A stretch of 64,000 nucleotides of DNA from Chloroflexota bacterium (lineage in GTDB: Bacteria; Chloroflexota; UBA11872; VXOZ01): positions 1,760,001 to 1,824,000 of the forward strand of contig OY760183.1 of NCBI GenBank assembly GCA_963663275.1, read 5' to 3'. Shown piece after piece: positions 17,110-26,346 of this stretch. Both the position numbers and the translations under genes were made by a program. Position 1 is the first letter of the stretch. Each line of letters opens with the position of its first letter. The notes below the pieces were generated by a model. The model did not search any database. It was not told the origin of the DNA and saw only the letters and a program-made list of their open reading frames with translations.

Positions 17110-17900
17110 GCGGTCAGTCCGAGGACGCGCATGGCGTTGCCGCCGAGGATGGCCTCTTGTTGCGCGGTAGTCAGCTTGCGGCAGTGGCGTTGGATGAGTT
17201 GGGGGCCGAATTCGATGGGCATGTGGGGGGCGTTGGTGGCGTTGAGGACGCGCTCCGCGCCGACGGCGTCGACGAGGTTTTGCACGATGCTGGGGCGCAG
17301 CACACCCGCCAGGTCCGCTACCGTGTTCTCGGCGCGCCGCATGAAGGGGATGACCTCGGGCACGAAGCCCGGTACGCCGGCGTGGGCGATGATGAAGGTG
17401 ATCCGCGGAAAGTCGAGCGCCAGGTCGGCCACCAGCGCCGGGGTGCAGGTGTGGCCGTGCTCCTCGCCGGTGTGGATCATGACCGGCACACCAAGCGGCG
17501 CGACGGCTTCCAGGACCGGCCCCATGAGCGCCCGGTCGGCGAGCGGGTAGGTGCCCGTGCCGCCAACGGAAGCGTCGACGGTGTTGAACTTGACTGCGCG
17601 GAAGCCGCGCTCTTGCAGCCAGTAGCGCATCTCGTCGATGGCGCGCGCGCCGCGCGGCGGCTTGACGCGCGCGCAACCGTAGATGCGGTCGGGATAGGCG
17701 GCGATGGCCTGCGCGATGCGCTCGTGGTCGGCGGCAAAGTGGTCGCCGGTTCCCGCCCCCGGCGGCGCGCACAACGCCCGCGCCACCCCGCCGCGGTCCA
17801 TATAGGCAATCATGTCCGCGCCCCCCATGGTGGCGGGCAGGCCTTGGACTTCCCAAATGGGATTGTGTCCCAGATAGCAATGGGCGTCGAAGATCACCAA
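17106..17900 (-). CDS. Amidohydrolase family (TIM-barrel metal-dependent hydrolase)
   Basis: FDAHCY, PVMIHTG and FIIAHAG motifs of Amidohydro_2-like proteins. Confidence 0.8.
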   Translation of the reverse strand: MVIFDAHCYLGHNPIWEVQGLPATMGGADMIAYMDRGGVARALCAPPGAGTGDHFAADHERIAQAIAAYPDRIYGCARVKPPRGARAIDEMRYWLQERGFRAVKFNTVDASVGGTGTYPLADRALMGPVLEAVAPLGVPVMIHTGEEHGHTCTPALVADLALDFPRITFIIAHAGVPGFVPEVIPFMRRAENTVADLAGVLRPSIVQNLVDAVGAERVLNATNAPHMPIEFGPQLIQRHCRKLTTAQQEAILGGNAMRVLGLTA

Positions 17901-17906
17901 TGTGCC

Positions 17907-18167
17907 TCAGTTACTTGGAGTGAAGAGCGAATCTGGCATTCCTCGGACTAGCGCCTGGATGTCCTCTGCGCTCGACGGGGGTTCAGCCAATTGCTTCTCG
18001 GCTTTGTCCTTGAAGAAATCGTAGAGTTCAGACTGGGGCCGGTTGATTCGAATCTGAATGAGACGTACTTGTCTGGTGTAGAGCCGGTAGTTATAGCCGC
18101 AGAACAGCGCGGTAACGATGGCGCGCAGTCCTGCCGGGGAGTTCAGGTCATAGAATGTCGGCGTCAA
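17907..18167 (-). pseudogene. Short ORF, probable internally deleted restriction endonuclease remnant (CfrBI-like, tentative)
   Basis: TTG start with GGAG RBS overlapping the MTase stop; 86 aa; lower GC; IVTALFCGYNYR is reminiscent, from memory, of CfrBI-family N-termini; too short for an intact REase. Confidence 0.4.
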
Positions 18168-19320
18168 AGTCCGCGCTCCAGAAGTACTCCAGGTCGTCGA
18201 AGTCCACCGCGGCGGCAAACAGCGACTCCGCCCCCAACTCTTGCTTCATGGTCTCGAAGTAATCTATGCGCTTTTCGATGAGCACGAACCGTCTTTCCAA
18301 TTGCGACGCTGCGCGGCCAACCGTGCCGATGCCCGCGAACGGGTCGAGCACGCTATCGCCCGCGAAGGAGTAGTACCGTATGACGCGGCGCGCAAGCTCT
18401 GCGGGAAAGACGGCGGGGTGGCCCCTATGGCTCGACGGCGCTATCTCCCATACGTTGGTTCGGTCGTACTCGCCCAAGATTCTGGAATGCTCTACGAGGG
18501 CCGGGTCGGGGTGATTGCGCAGGTTCCAGTCGATGAGGCGGGACGTCTTCTTGCGATAGACCAAGACGTATTCGGTCACCGTTACCGGCTTGTATTGCAA
18601 CGGCTGCCGGTCGGCGGCGAACCTTCTCCCCCTGCCCAGATGCCAGCCGGCGCCTTCGGGCTTGCGCCAGATGATGTCGTCGATGAATTCGAAACCTATG
18701 CCATCGAGTATGGGATGGAGGTCAAAGGGAATGGGCAGGCGTTTGCTGGCAGTGCTGCGCGAGGTTCGCTTCATCAACACCGGAGAGACGTTGACTATCA
18801 GAAACCTTCCCTCAGAGAGAACGCCGTGGCAGGCGGCGAATGCTTCCCTTAGAAAATCGAGGTATGCGGCGTAATCAACGTATTCCGAGTATTCGGGCTT
18901 GGCATTGAGGTATGGCGGTGACGTAAAGACGAGTTGAACGCTGTCCGGGGGAAAGCTCTCCAATACTGCACGGCAGTCTCCGAGGATCACCTTGTTTGGG
19001 ATTGGCGCGAAGTTTACGGAAGGATTGCTCTTCTTGGCGCTGGACGCCTGTTTCCACCCCTTGGCCTCGCGCAGTCTCCGCTTGATGAGCGCGGCGGGGG
19101 AATTGAAGCAGATCGAGCCGGCCGCGTCGACTCTTACCTCTCCCATGTGATTGTCGGGCGTATCACGCGCAACTATCGCAACGCGCCATACCCGCAGCCG
19201 GTCATCCCACTCCGGCAGCCCCACGGATACGCCATCGGATTGAATTTCCGGCACTGTTTCCGCCAGCCAGTACAAGGCAATCCGGCGCACATCATCGGTT
19301 AGTAGCTTCGCAGTAGCCAT
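18148..19320 (-). CDS. Site-specific DNA methyltransferase, N4-cytosine/N6-adenine beta class
   Basis: FTSPPY motif IV, HPAVFP, VLDPFAGIGT motif I; about 100-aa N-terminal extension. Confidence 0.92.
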   Translation of the reverse strand: MATAKLLTDDVRRIALYWLAETVPEIQSDGVSVGLPEWDDRLRVWRVAIVARDTPDNHMGEVRVDAAGSICFNSPAALIKRRLREAKGWKQASSAKKSNPSVNFAPIPNKVILGDCRAVLESFPPDSVQLVFTSPPYLNAKPEYSEYVDYAAYLDFLREAFAACHGVLSEGRFLIVNVSPVLMKRTSRSTASKRLPIPFDLHPILDGIGFEFIDDIIWRKPEGAGWHLGRGRRFAADRQPLQYKPVTVTEYVLVYRKKTSRLIDWNLRNHPDPALVEHSRILGEYDRTNVWEIAPSSHRGHPAVFPAELARRVIRYYSFAGDSVLDPFAGIGTVGRAASQLERRFVLIEKRIDYFETMKQELGAESLFAAAVDFDDLEYFWSADFDADIL

Positions 19321-19336
19321 GGTCTCGTTAGAATTG

Positions 19337-22042
19337 TCAGCGTCCGTGGCAGCGTTTGAACTTTTTGCCGCTGCCGCACCAGCAGGGGGCGTTGCGGCCC
19401 AGTTTGCGGCCGCCCTGTTTGCGGCGGGAGCGGGTCTGGGGGCGGCGGGAGTCTTCCTCGCCCCGGTTGGTTGCCGTCACCGCCTGGGGTTGCGGTTGCG
19501 TTTCCGGCGCTGCCTGCACGCGGTAGATGATCTGGGCGGTCTGGCGCTGGATGTTGGCCGTGAGTTCCTGGAACATGCGGTAGGCCTCGGCCTTGTACTC
19601 CGAGAGCGGATTGCGCTGGCCCACGGCGCGCAGGCCGATGCCGGTGCGCAGGTCTTCCATGGCCGTCAGGTGCTCGGTCCAGAGCGAGTCGATCGTGCGC
19701 AGCAGCACCCAGCGTTCCACCTTGTTCATGATTTCCGGCGTCATGGCTTCCGCGCGCTCGGCGTAGACCGAGTCCGCCCACGCGGTGAGACGCTCGGTAA
19801 TATCCTCGGTCGATAGATCCGCCAAGGCGTCGGCCGGCGGCGCGGCAGGTTGGTTTACCTGTTGGCGGCAGGCCTCCACCAGGGCCGGCACGTCCCAATC
19901 TTCCTGCGGCTCGGTGGTATGCGCGGTCACCATCTGCGCGATTTCATCGTGGATCATGCTTTGAATCTGCGGTGTGACCGCTTCCAACTCCAGCACCTTG
20001 CGCCGCTCGCTGTAGATGGTGTTGCGCTGGGTGTTGAGCACGTCGTCGTACTCCACCGTGTGCTTGCGCAGGTCGAAGTTATAGGCTTCCAGCTTGGTCT
20101 GGGCCTGTTCCAGGGCCTTGGTGATGAGGTTGTGCTCGATTGGCATGTCGTCGTCCATGCCGAGGCGGTCCATGATGCCGGAGATACGGTCGCTGCCGGC
20201 GCGCTTGAGCAGTTCGTCATCCAGCGAGACGTAGAAGCGCGAGAAGCCCAGGTCGCCCTGGCGGCCGGAGCGCCCGCGCAACTGGTTGTCGATGCGGCGG
20301 GATTCATGGCGCTCCGTGCCGATGACGTGAAGGCCGCCGGCCGCGCGCACGGCTTCCGCTTCCGCCGCGGCGGGCGGGTTGCCGCCCAGCACGATGTCGG
20401 TGCCGCGTCCGGCCATGTTGGTGGCGATGGTGACGGCCCCCTGCCTGCCGGCTTGCGCCACGATTTGCGCCTCTTGTTCGTGGTACTTGGCGTTCAGCAC
20501 CTGGTGTTCGACGCCGCGCCGTTTCAGGAGCATACTCAGCGCTTCCGAAGTCTCGATTGAGGTGGTGCCTACCAGCACCGGCGCGCCTTGGTTCTTGGCC
20601 AACTCTTCGATGGCGTCCGCCGCCGCGTTGAACTTGCCCTTCTCCGTGCGGTAGACGAAATCGGCCTCGTCCTGGCGCACCATCGGCATATTTGTGGGGA
20701 TCTCGACCACGTCCAAGCCGTAGATCTTGCGGAACTCGTCGGCTTCCGTGGCCGCCGTGCCGGTCATGCCGGCCAGTTTGTCGTACATGCGGAAGTAATT
20801 CTGGAAGGTGATGGTGGCCAAAGTCTTGCTCTCGCGCTGGATCTTGACGCCCTCTTTGGCCTCGATCGCCTGGTGCAAGCCTTCGCTGTAGCGGCGGCCG
20901 GTCATGAGGCGTCCGGTGAACTCATCGACGATGACGACTTCCGCGTTGGGGTCGTGGTGCTCGATCACGCGGCCGTCTTTCATCAGCACGTAATCGCGTC
21001 CGCGCTGGTAGAGCGCCCGCGCGCGGAGGGCCTGCTCCATGTAGTGCACCAGTTCGAACGCGCCCTCTTCGTAGAGGTTGCCCACCCCGAGCCACTTCTC
21101 CATCTTGGCGATGCCCTCTTCGGAGATGCTCACGGCCCGTTGCTTGTGGTCGATGGTGTAGTCCTGCTCCTCCCGCAGGCGGGGCACCAGGCGCGTGAAA
21201 CTGCCAAACGTCCCGCCGGGCGCCTCGGCCTGGCCGGAAATGATGAGCGGCGTGCGCGCCTCGTCGATGAGAATGTTGTCCACCTCGTCGATGATCGCGT
21301 AGTTGTGCTTGCCCTGCACGAGTTCATTGAGGTCCACGACCATGTTGTCGCGCAGGTAGTCGAACCCGAACTCGTTGTTGGTGCCGTAGGTAATGTCGGC
21401 GGCGTAAGCTTCTTTGCGCGAGACCGTTTCCAACTCCTCGCCGCTGCCGTGGTGCGTCTCCCGGCCCGATTCCTTGGGCGCGAACACGTAGGCCGTATCG
21501 TGGTTGATGCAGGCCACGGTCAGGCCGAGGGCGTGGTAGACCGGCCCCAGCCACTCGGTATCGCGGCGGGAGAGGTAGTCGTTTACGGTGACCACGTGGA
21601 CGCCCTGGCCGCTGAGCGCATTGAGGTAGGCGCTGAGCGCGGCGACGTAGGTCTTGCCCTCGCCGGTCTTCATCTCGGCAATCTGGCCGCCGTGGAGCGC
21701 GATGCCGCCGTGCATCTGCACGTCGAAGAGCCGATGGCCGCTGCTGTGTCTCTTGACCGCCTCGCGCACCGCGGCAAAGGCTTCGGGCAACAGGTCGTCA
21801 AGGTCTTCGACGCCGTCGCCGCGAAACTCGTCGTCACCGTTCCTCGCCGCTTGCGCCGGGGGTGTGGAAGCATGAACGGCAACCCCCAGGCGGCCGCGGA
21901 ATTCCCCGGTCTTGCCGGCGAGTGCGGCGTCGGAGAGGGTTTCGAACGCGGCTTCCAGCGCGGCGATTTGCTCCACCAGCGGCTCCTGGCGGGAAATCTC
22001 GCGTTCCGAGTGATCGAAGAAGCGTTGGATTACCTTTAACAT
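19337..22042 (-). CDS. secA: Preprotein translocase subunit SecA
   Basis: EMKTGEGKT, IIDEVDNILIDEARTPLIISG, ESRRIDNQLRGRSGRQGD and SEC-C motif GRNAPCWCGSGKKFKRCHG. Confidence 0.99.
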   Translation of the reverse strand: MLKVIQRFFDHSEREISRQEPLVEQIAALEAAFETLSDAALAGKTGEFRGRLGVAVHASTPPAQAARNGDDEFRGDGVEDLDDLLPEAFAAVREAVKRHSSGHRLFDVQMHGGIALHGGQIAEMKTGEGKTYVAALSAYLNALSGQGVHVVTVNDYLSRRDTEWLGPVYHALGLTVACINHDTAYVFAPKESGRETHHGSGEELETVSRKEAYAADITYGTNNEFGFDYLRDNMVVDLNELVQGKHNYAIIDEVDNILIDEARTPLIISGQAEAPGGTFGSFTRLVPRLREEQDYTIDHKQRAVSISEEGIAKMEKWLGVGNLYEEGAFELVHYMEQALRARALYQRGRDYVLMKDGRVIEHHDPNAEVVIVDEFTGRLMTGRRYSEGLHQAIEAKEGVKIQRESKTLATITFQNYFRMYDKLAGMTGTAATEADEFRKIYGLDVVEIPTNMPMVRQDEADFVYRTEKGKFNAAADAIEELAKNQGAPVLVGTTSIETSEALSMLLKRRGVEHQVLNAKYHEQEAQIVAQAGRQGAVTIATNMAGRGTDIVLGGNPPAAAEAEAVRAAGGLHVIGTERHESRRIDNQLRGRSGRQGDLGFSRFYVSLDDELLKRAGSDRISGIMDRLGMDDDMPIEHNLITKALEQAQTKLEAYNFDLRKHTVEYDDVLNTQRNTIYSERRKVLELEAVTPQIQSMIHDEIAQMVTAHTTEPQEDWDVPALVEACRQQVNQPAAPPADALADLSTEDITERLTAWADSVYAERAEAMTPEIMNKVERWVLLRTIDSLWTEHLTAMEDLRTGIGLRAVGQRNPLSEYKAEAYRMFQELTANIQRQTAQIIYRVQAAPETQPQPQAVTATNRGEEDSRRPQTRSRRKQGGRKLGRNAPCWCGSGKKFKRCHGR

Positions 22043-22076
22043 GGCGCTGTTCGTCTCTTGCTCTTGCGTGGGAGGC

Positions 22077-22201
22077 GGGCGCTTCGCGAAGCGCCCCTAC
22101 ATGTTTGGCCCGCGAAGCGGCCCTACGTGTGTGGCTCGCGGGAGCCCCTACGTGTGTGGCTCGCGTTAGCCTCTACCTGTGCGGCTCGTGGTAGCCCCTA
22201 C
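22077..22201 (-). repeat. Tandem array of about 5 degenerate GTAG-type REP units (~25 bp) upstream of secA
   Basis: Repeated ...gcccctacgtgtgtggctcgcg... units; the first is the hairpin GGGCGCTTCGCGAAGCGCCC-CTAC. Confidence 0.8.
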
Positions 22202-22453
22202 GTGAGCGTCCTGCGGGTGGGGGATTTTGGCTGCTTACTTGGGCCGGACGTTTCATTGCTTGCCTTCAGTCTACGTGGGGAAAACGAACGGAGTCAATGA
22301 AGCGATCCGCCGGCCGGTGGGTGGTGCGCCATTTTGCTCGTGCCGGCGGCGGTGGCCGGAGGTGGGCAGGAGCGGACGCGAGGGGTCTGCGGACGCTTGG
22401 GCGAGCGCGCGACGGGTGGGGATGAAGCGGGAGCGCGCCGGTACGGCGCGACT

Positions 22454-22481
22454 TTGCCTCTGCGGGCGGGTGTGCTATAAT
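22454..22481 (+). promoter_or_regulatory. Sigma70-type promoter (for the RNA element / rpsO leader)
   Basis: TTGCCT-N16-TATAAT with extended TG (TGCTATAAT). Confidence 0.7.
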
Positions 22482-22487
22482 GTCCCT

Positions 22488-22638
22488 GTTTGGCTGCAGG
22501 TTCGTCTTAGTCCTTGCAGCATCCTTGCAACTCCCCCGCTCTGGATCTACTCCAGTGATTCTCGCTGCTCAGGCAGCGCGTCCTCGTCCCACTTTATCTT
22601 CCTACCTACAATCACGCCCGACGAACCTGCCGTCAAAC
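22488..22638 (+). ncRNA. Candidate structured RNA or long rpsO leader element (unassigned family)
   Basis: 19-bp closing stem 22488-22506 / 22620-22638 starting at the predicted TSS; three internal hairpins; C/U-rich linkers. Confidence 0.55.
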
Positions 22639-22789
22639 GCTTTGCAGTCCTTTTCCCCAGTGGTTTCCGTGTGACAATTGCGCCCGCCGTCCCGAATCTC
22701 TTTGCGGTTGCGCGCAGAGAGGGAACGTGGGAGTATAGAGAGACGGATTGTTGCCTGCGGGCGCGGGAGTATTAAGAGGTAGGAGCGGC

Positions 22790-23056
22790 GTGCTGACGAC
22801 AGAACAGAAGCAAGAGATAATTACGCGGTTTGGCCGGGGGTCGAAGGACAGCGGCTCGTCCGCCGTGCAGGTTGCGTTGCTGACCGAGCGCATCCGGCAG
22901 ATTTCAGCCCACATGGGCGCGCACAAACGCGACAAGCACTCTGAAATGGGATTGCTCAAGCTGGTGGGGCGGCGGCGGCGGCTCCTGCGGTACCTTCATC
23001 GCCGCGACCCGGAGCATTACCGCACGGTTATTGCCGAACTCGGCCTGCGCGGCTAG
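22790..23056 (+). CDS. rpsO: 30S ribosomal protein S15
   Basis: GTG start after AGGAG; DSGSSAVQVALLTERI..HKRDKHS..GLLKLVGRRRRLLRYL. Confidence 0.97.
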   Translation: MLTTEQKQEIITRFGRGSKDSGSSAVQVALLTERIRQISAHMGAHKRDKHSEMGLLKLVGRRRRLLRYLHRRDPEHYRTVIAELGLRG

Positions 23057-23101
23057 GCGGCCTCATCCGCCTTGGCCGCTTGTGCCACAGGTGGTAAAGT
23101 G

Positions 23102-23141
23102 AAGCGCTGCGACGTACCCGGTCGTAGCGCTTTTCTGTTTT
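23102..23141 (+). terminator. Rho-independent terminator of rpsO
   Basis: AAGCGCTGCGAC-loop-GTCGTAGCGCTT followed by TTCTGTTTT. Confidence 0.7.
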
Positions 23142-23161
23142 CCCGGACACCGCGCCCGCGG

Positions 23162-23458
23162 GAAACCTTTGCATTACTCCGTCATTCCAGCGTAAATCGG
23201 AATCCAGATTGGATTTGCAGCTTAGGATGGCATAGTGTCAATCCTGTTCACCCCATTCCAGGCCTTCTCCTCAAAGGGCGGGCAGGGGTATGTAGGTGTC
23301 ATTCCGAGCGCAGCGAGGAATCTAGGGTTGCAAGTTTTCCAGGGATGTACCCTAGATTCCTCACTTCGCTGCGCTCCGTTCGGAATGACACGATAGGCCG
23401 ATACTAGCCTGCAAATCACTGTCACCCCTCAATGGGGAAAGGGCTAAGCAGAGGTCTC
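23162..23458 (-). mobile_element. MITE family 1 copy (degenerate GAGACCTTTGCA TIRs) with a nested REP doublet
   Basis: Ends gaaacctttgcattac / gctaagcagaggtctc; internal homology to 49769-49908 in reverse orientation; contains family B inverted pair 23296-23391. Confidence 0.7.
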
Positions 23459-23525
23459 TGCGAGGCGCGGAAGGAGCACGGCGATCGTTTGCGCCAGATA
23501 GAAGCACTGCGGCGCTATCATCGCG

Positions 23526-24887
23526 TTAGTCGGAAGATTCGCCGTTCGTCACCGTGCTCCATTCCAGGCGCAGGGCGTAGAAGGTTTCGGCCATGCGTTC
23601 CAGCGCCTCGCGCGGTGGAATTTGCCGCAGGAGCGCGCGCTGGACTTCAAGCTGCGCGTAGTGTTCCCATTGCCTGAACCACGGAACCTCGCGGGCCTCG
23701 TGCGTGCGGGCGACCCGGCGCTGTTCCAGGTAGACTTGCAGATCCAGGCCGCGCTCCAACGCGAGTGACTGCACTTGCGGCTCGGTGTAGAGCGCCTCAT
23801 ACGCGCTGCCCAGCGAGCGGTTTACGAACCAGAAGAGCGGCGTATGGAGGCGGTCCTCGCGGTCGCGGCCTCCCAGGTATTGCAAGAGTTCCCAGGCGGC
23901 GTCTTTCTTCTTGCTTGTTTTGGGAAGCGCGTAGAGCCGCGTCCACATGACCGAACCACTCTGCGAGGGATCGTTGCCGGGAAAGAGCGCGGCCCGGCGC
24001 GTACCCGTGGCGCCGGCGTCCTCTTGCCGGTTTGCGAAGAGGAAGTTGTACCCGGGCTGGATCGTAAACGCGGTAGGATTGCGCAGCGCGGCGCCATAGC
24101 TGCTTTCAAGCACGTTGGGATGGATGATCGCGGTAGTGTGGATGCCCTCCAGGAGCCAGCCAAGGGTCTGTTCGGCGGCTGAGCCGGGAAGGTGAAAAAC
24201 GGGGTTCAGGTTTTCGTCGAAGAAACTGCCGCCCCGGGCGTAGACCATCGACCACCAGTTGATGTTCGTGTTGGTGTGAAAGCGGTAGGTGAGCCGGATG
24301 GGGTGCCGCACGATGCCCAGCCGCTTGATCTCCAGCGCCTGCTGCGTGACCTCGTCCCAGGTCTGGGGCGGGAGCATGATGCCGGCTCTTTGGAGAATGG
24401 CCTCGTCATAGACCCACAGCGCGCACTCTGTAAAGTAGGGCAAGCCGTAGGTCAGTCCTTTGCAGCGGATGCCGGCGGCGGCCTGGGGAACCATGGCCTG
24501 GCGCAACCGGTCCATGCCGCTGTAGCCGTCGAGGGGCTCGAGCCAGCCGGCTTCTACCCACGCGGCGAGGTCCGTCTCCCGCACGTAGGCGGCGTCGATG
24601 GGCTGTCCCGCGTGAAGCGAACGGCTGACGGCGTCCCGGTAGTCCCCGTCGACGGCTTCGGTCGCCACGCGCAAGCCGGCATACTGGGTGGCGAAGCGCT
24701 CCAGATTATGGCGGATCAGATCCGGCTCGTAGCCCCAATGGACGAGGCGCAGGACGAGCGGCTGTCCATCATTGCCGAAGGTTGGGTTGCGGTTGCAGGC
24801 GGCGGCCAGCAGGGCGCTACTGAGGAGGAGATGGCGACGCGACAGCGGATTGCCAGAGAGTTGCGTTGCTTGTGGTCCGCTCAACAC
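23526..24887 (-). CDS. ABC transporter solute-binding lipoprotein (sugar-type, Tat signal)
   Basis: SRRHLL twin-arginine motif, LAAAC lipobox, YGLPY and PPQTWDE motifs, AAWELLQYL. Confidence 0.85.
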   Translation of the reverse strand: MLSGPQATQLSGNPLSRRHLLLSSALLAAACNRNPTFGNDGQPLVLRLVHWGYEPDLIRHNLERFATQYAGLRVATEAVDGDYRDAVSRSLHAGQPIDAAYVRETDLAAWVEAGWLEPLDGYSGMDRLRQAMVPQAAAGIRCKGLTYGLPYFTECALWVYDEAILQRAGIMLPPQTWDEVTQQALEIKRLGIVRHPIRLTYRFHTNTNINWWSMVYARGGSFFDENLNPVFHLPGSAAEQTLGWLLEGIHTTAIIHPNVLESSYGAALRNPTAFTIQPGYNFLFANRQEDAGATGTRRAALFPGNDPSQSGSVMWTRLYALPKTSKKKDAAWELLQYLGGRDREDRLHTPLFWFVNRSLGSAYEALYTEPQVQSLALERGLDLQVYLEQRRVARTHEAREVPWFRQWEHYAQLEVQRALLRQIPPREALERMAETFYALRLEWSTVTNGESSD

Positions 24888-25068
24888 GTGACTCCTCGCG
24901 CCGCCAAACGGCGCGCCACCGATAGGCCGCCTGGAACTGTGCCGCGACAGGGGCGTAGGTCAGCGCGCCGTAGACGGCACACGTCGGCGGCGAGCGAGTC
25001 TGCGCCAACTCTGCCGTCGCGCGGGAGCGCGGTGGCGGTGCGTACGCGCCGCCGCCCGGCGCCGAGAT

Positions 25069-25326
25069 CTAGCGCGGCACTAGCTCAAGCGCCACCACTA
25101 CCACAGTGAGCAAGCCGGCCGCCGCGAAGACCATTGCGCCAAAGCGTATCGTCAAGTCCCGCGCCAGTAGTTCCAAGCGAGCGTCCATGCGTTGCTCCAG
25201 CGATTCCGAGCGGGCAACCATGCGAAGTTCCAACGCATCCAATTCAGCTTTGAACGCTTGGGCGAACGCATCTAAGTCAGCCTTCGTAGCTTGCGAGTAT
25301 GCATCCAGGTCGGCTTTGGTCGGCAA
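25069..25326 (-). CDS. Small coiled-coil membrane-anchored protein (DUF1640/CCDC90-like)
   Basis: TTG start after GAGGAG; TKADL repeats, coiled coil, LTIRFG followed by a C-terminal TM helix. Confidence 0.7.
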   Translation of the reverse strand: MPTKADLDAYSQATKADLDAFAQAFKAELDALELRMVARSESLEQRMDARLELLARDLTIRFGAMVFAAAGLLTVVVVALELVPR

Positions 25327-25659
25327 GGCGTCTTGCTCCTCTCGTGCGCTTGCGATGCGGGAATTGTTGGATGAAGAGAGGATAAGAATGCTGTACTCTA
25401 CTCTAGCAGATTCACGGGCGCGTGTCTCTTTTGTGAGCCGTCCGGAGAGAGTCACCGGCGCCGTGATTCGCGAGATTCCCAGAGACTCAATGCGCGATGG
25501 GATTGTGTACCGCTTCGCGCGCGGCGCGGTATCTCAAGGCGTTGCTTCGAATGCGGCAGCCGTGTAGGTTCACCCTTTGAACGGTAAGGTCTATGGCCGA
25601 TTCTATTCCGCAAACGCACTGAGAGTCGAGAATGCATTAGTTCAAGAGAGGGTTGTGAG

Positions 25660-25938
25660 ATGGCAGAGAAGATCATGACGTTGCATCCAGCGGGTAAGGC
25701 CGGTGTGAACATTGATAGGGGAAAGTACGATACGGTCCGGGAGGCGATTCTGCAATCGCTCCACGAACACGGCACGCTGACGTTCGGCGACCTGACCGAG
25801 GAGGTGCGCGGGAAGCTGGAAGGGACGTTCGCGGGGTCGATCTCGTGGTACGTGACCACGGTGAAGCTCGACCTGGAAGCCCGCGGCGAGATCGCGCGGG
25901 TGCCCAAGAGCCGCCCCCAGCGGCTGGGGCTCGCGTAG
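25660..25938 (+). CDS. Small conserved hypothetical protein (DUF6958-like, winged-helix-like)
   Basis: TLHPAGKAGVNI..KYD and GSISWYVTTVKLDLEARG motifs; RBS present. Confidence 0.75.
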   Translation: MAEKIMTLHPAGKAGVNIDRGKYDTVREAILQSLHEHGTLTFGDLTEEVRGKLEGTFAGSISWYVTTVKLDLEARGEIARVPKSRPQRLGLA

Positions 25939-25944
25939 GGAGAT

Positions 25945-26091
25945 CTGACAGAGGTATGTACGTGTCATTCCGAACGGAGAGAGGAATCTAAAGCACAGCC
26001 CTGCAAATCCAGCAATTCCAGATTCCTCTCTCCGCTCCGCTCCGTTCGGAATGACATGCTAAGCCGAGTGTAGATTGTCTACCCGTGTCAG
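25945..26091. mobile_element. MITE family 2 copy (CTGACA.. ends) enclosing a family B REP doublet
   Basis: Both ends match the ends of 48637-48796 in reverse orientation; internal TGTCATTCCGA...CGGAATGACA pair at 25963-26056. Confidence 0.6.
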
Positions 26092-26181
26092 CCGGGGAGA
26101 GGGGTGATCTCTTGCCAGGGAAAGGGGTAATCTCTTGCCGGGGAGAGGGGAGAATCTCTTGCCAGGGAGAGAGGGTAATCC
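26091..26181. repeat. Tandem repeat 4 x ~23 bp (family A REP half-sites)
   Basis: gccggggagaggggtgatctctt / gccagggaaaggggtaatctctt / gccggggagaggggagaatctctt / gccagggagagagggtaatcc. Confidence 0.8.
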
Positions 26182-26346
26182 GGCCACGGAGTTAGAGTGG
26201 CGCCCCCTGGCCGCGCGGGGTGGGGGGCGCGCCGGTTAAGCGCACACAGTCGCGGATCTCTTGATCCGCGACTGTGTGTTTTCGGCTACGTTGCTGAAGC
26301 CGGCGTCTTGCGAGTCACGCGCCGTGACCCAGCGCCGTTGGTCGAT

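Noticed and set aside
17110-17880. N-terminal extension of the 787-aa ORF 15517-17880 suggesting a fusion
   Set aside because: Arg/Gly-rich off-frame translation overlapping the amidohydrolase; the real start is the ATG at 17109.
25327-25455. Longer N-terminus of the DUF1640-like ORF
   Set aside because: A strong GAGGAG precedes the TTG at 25326 and the upstream part looks like promoter/leader sequence.
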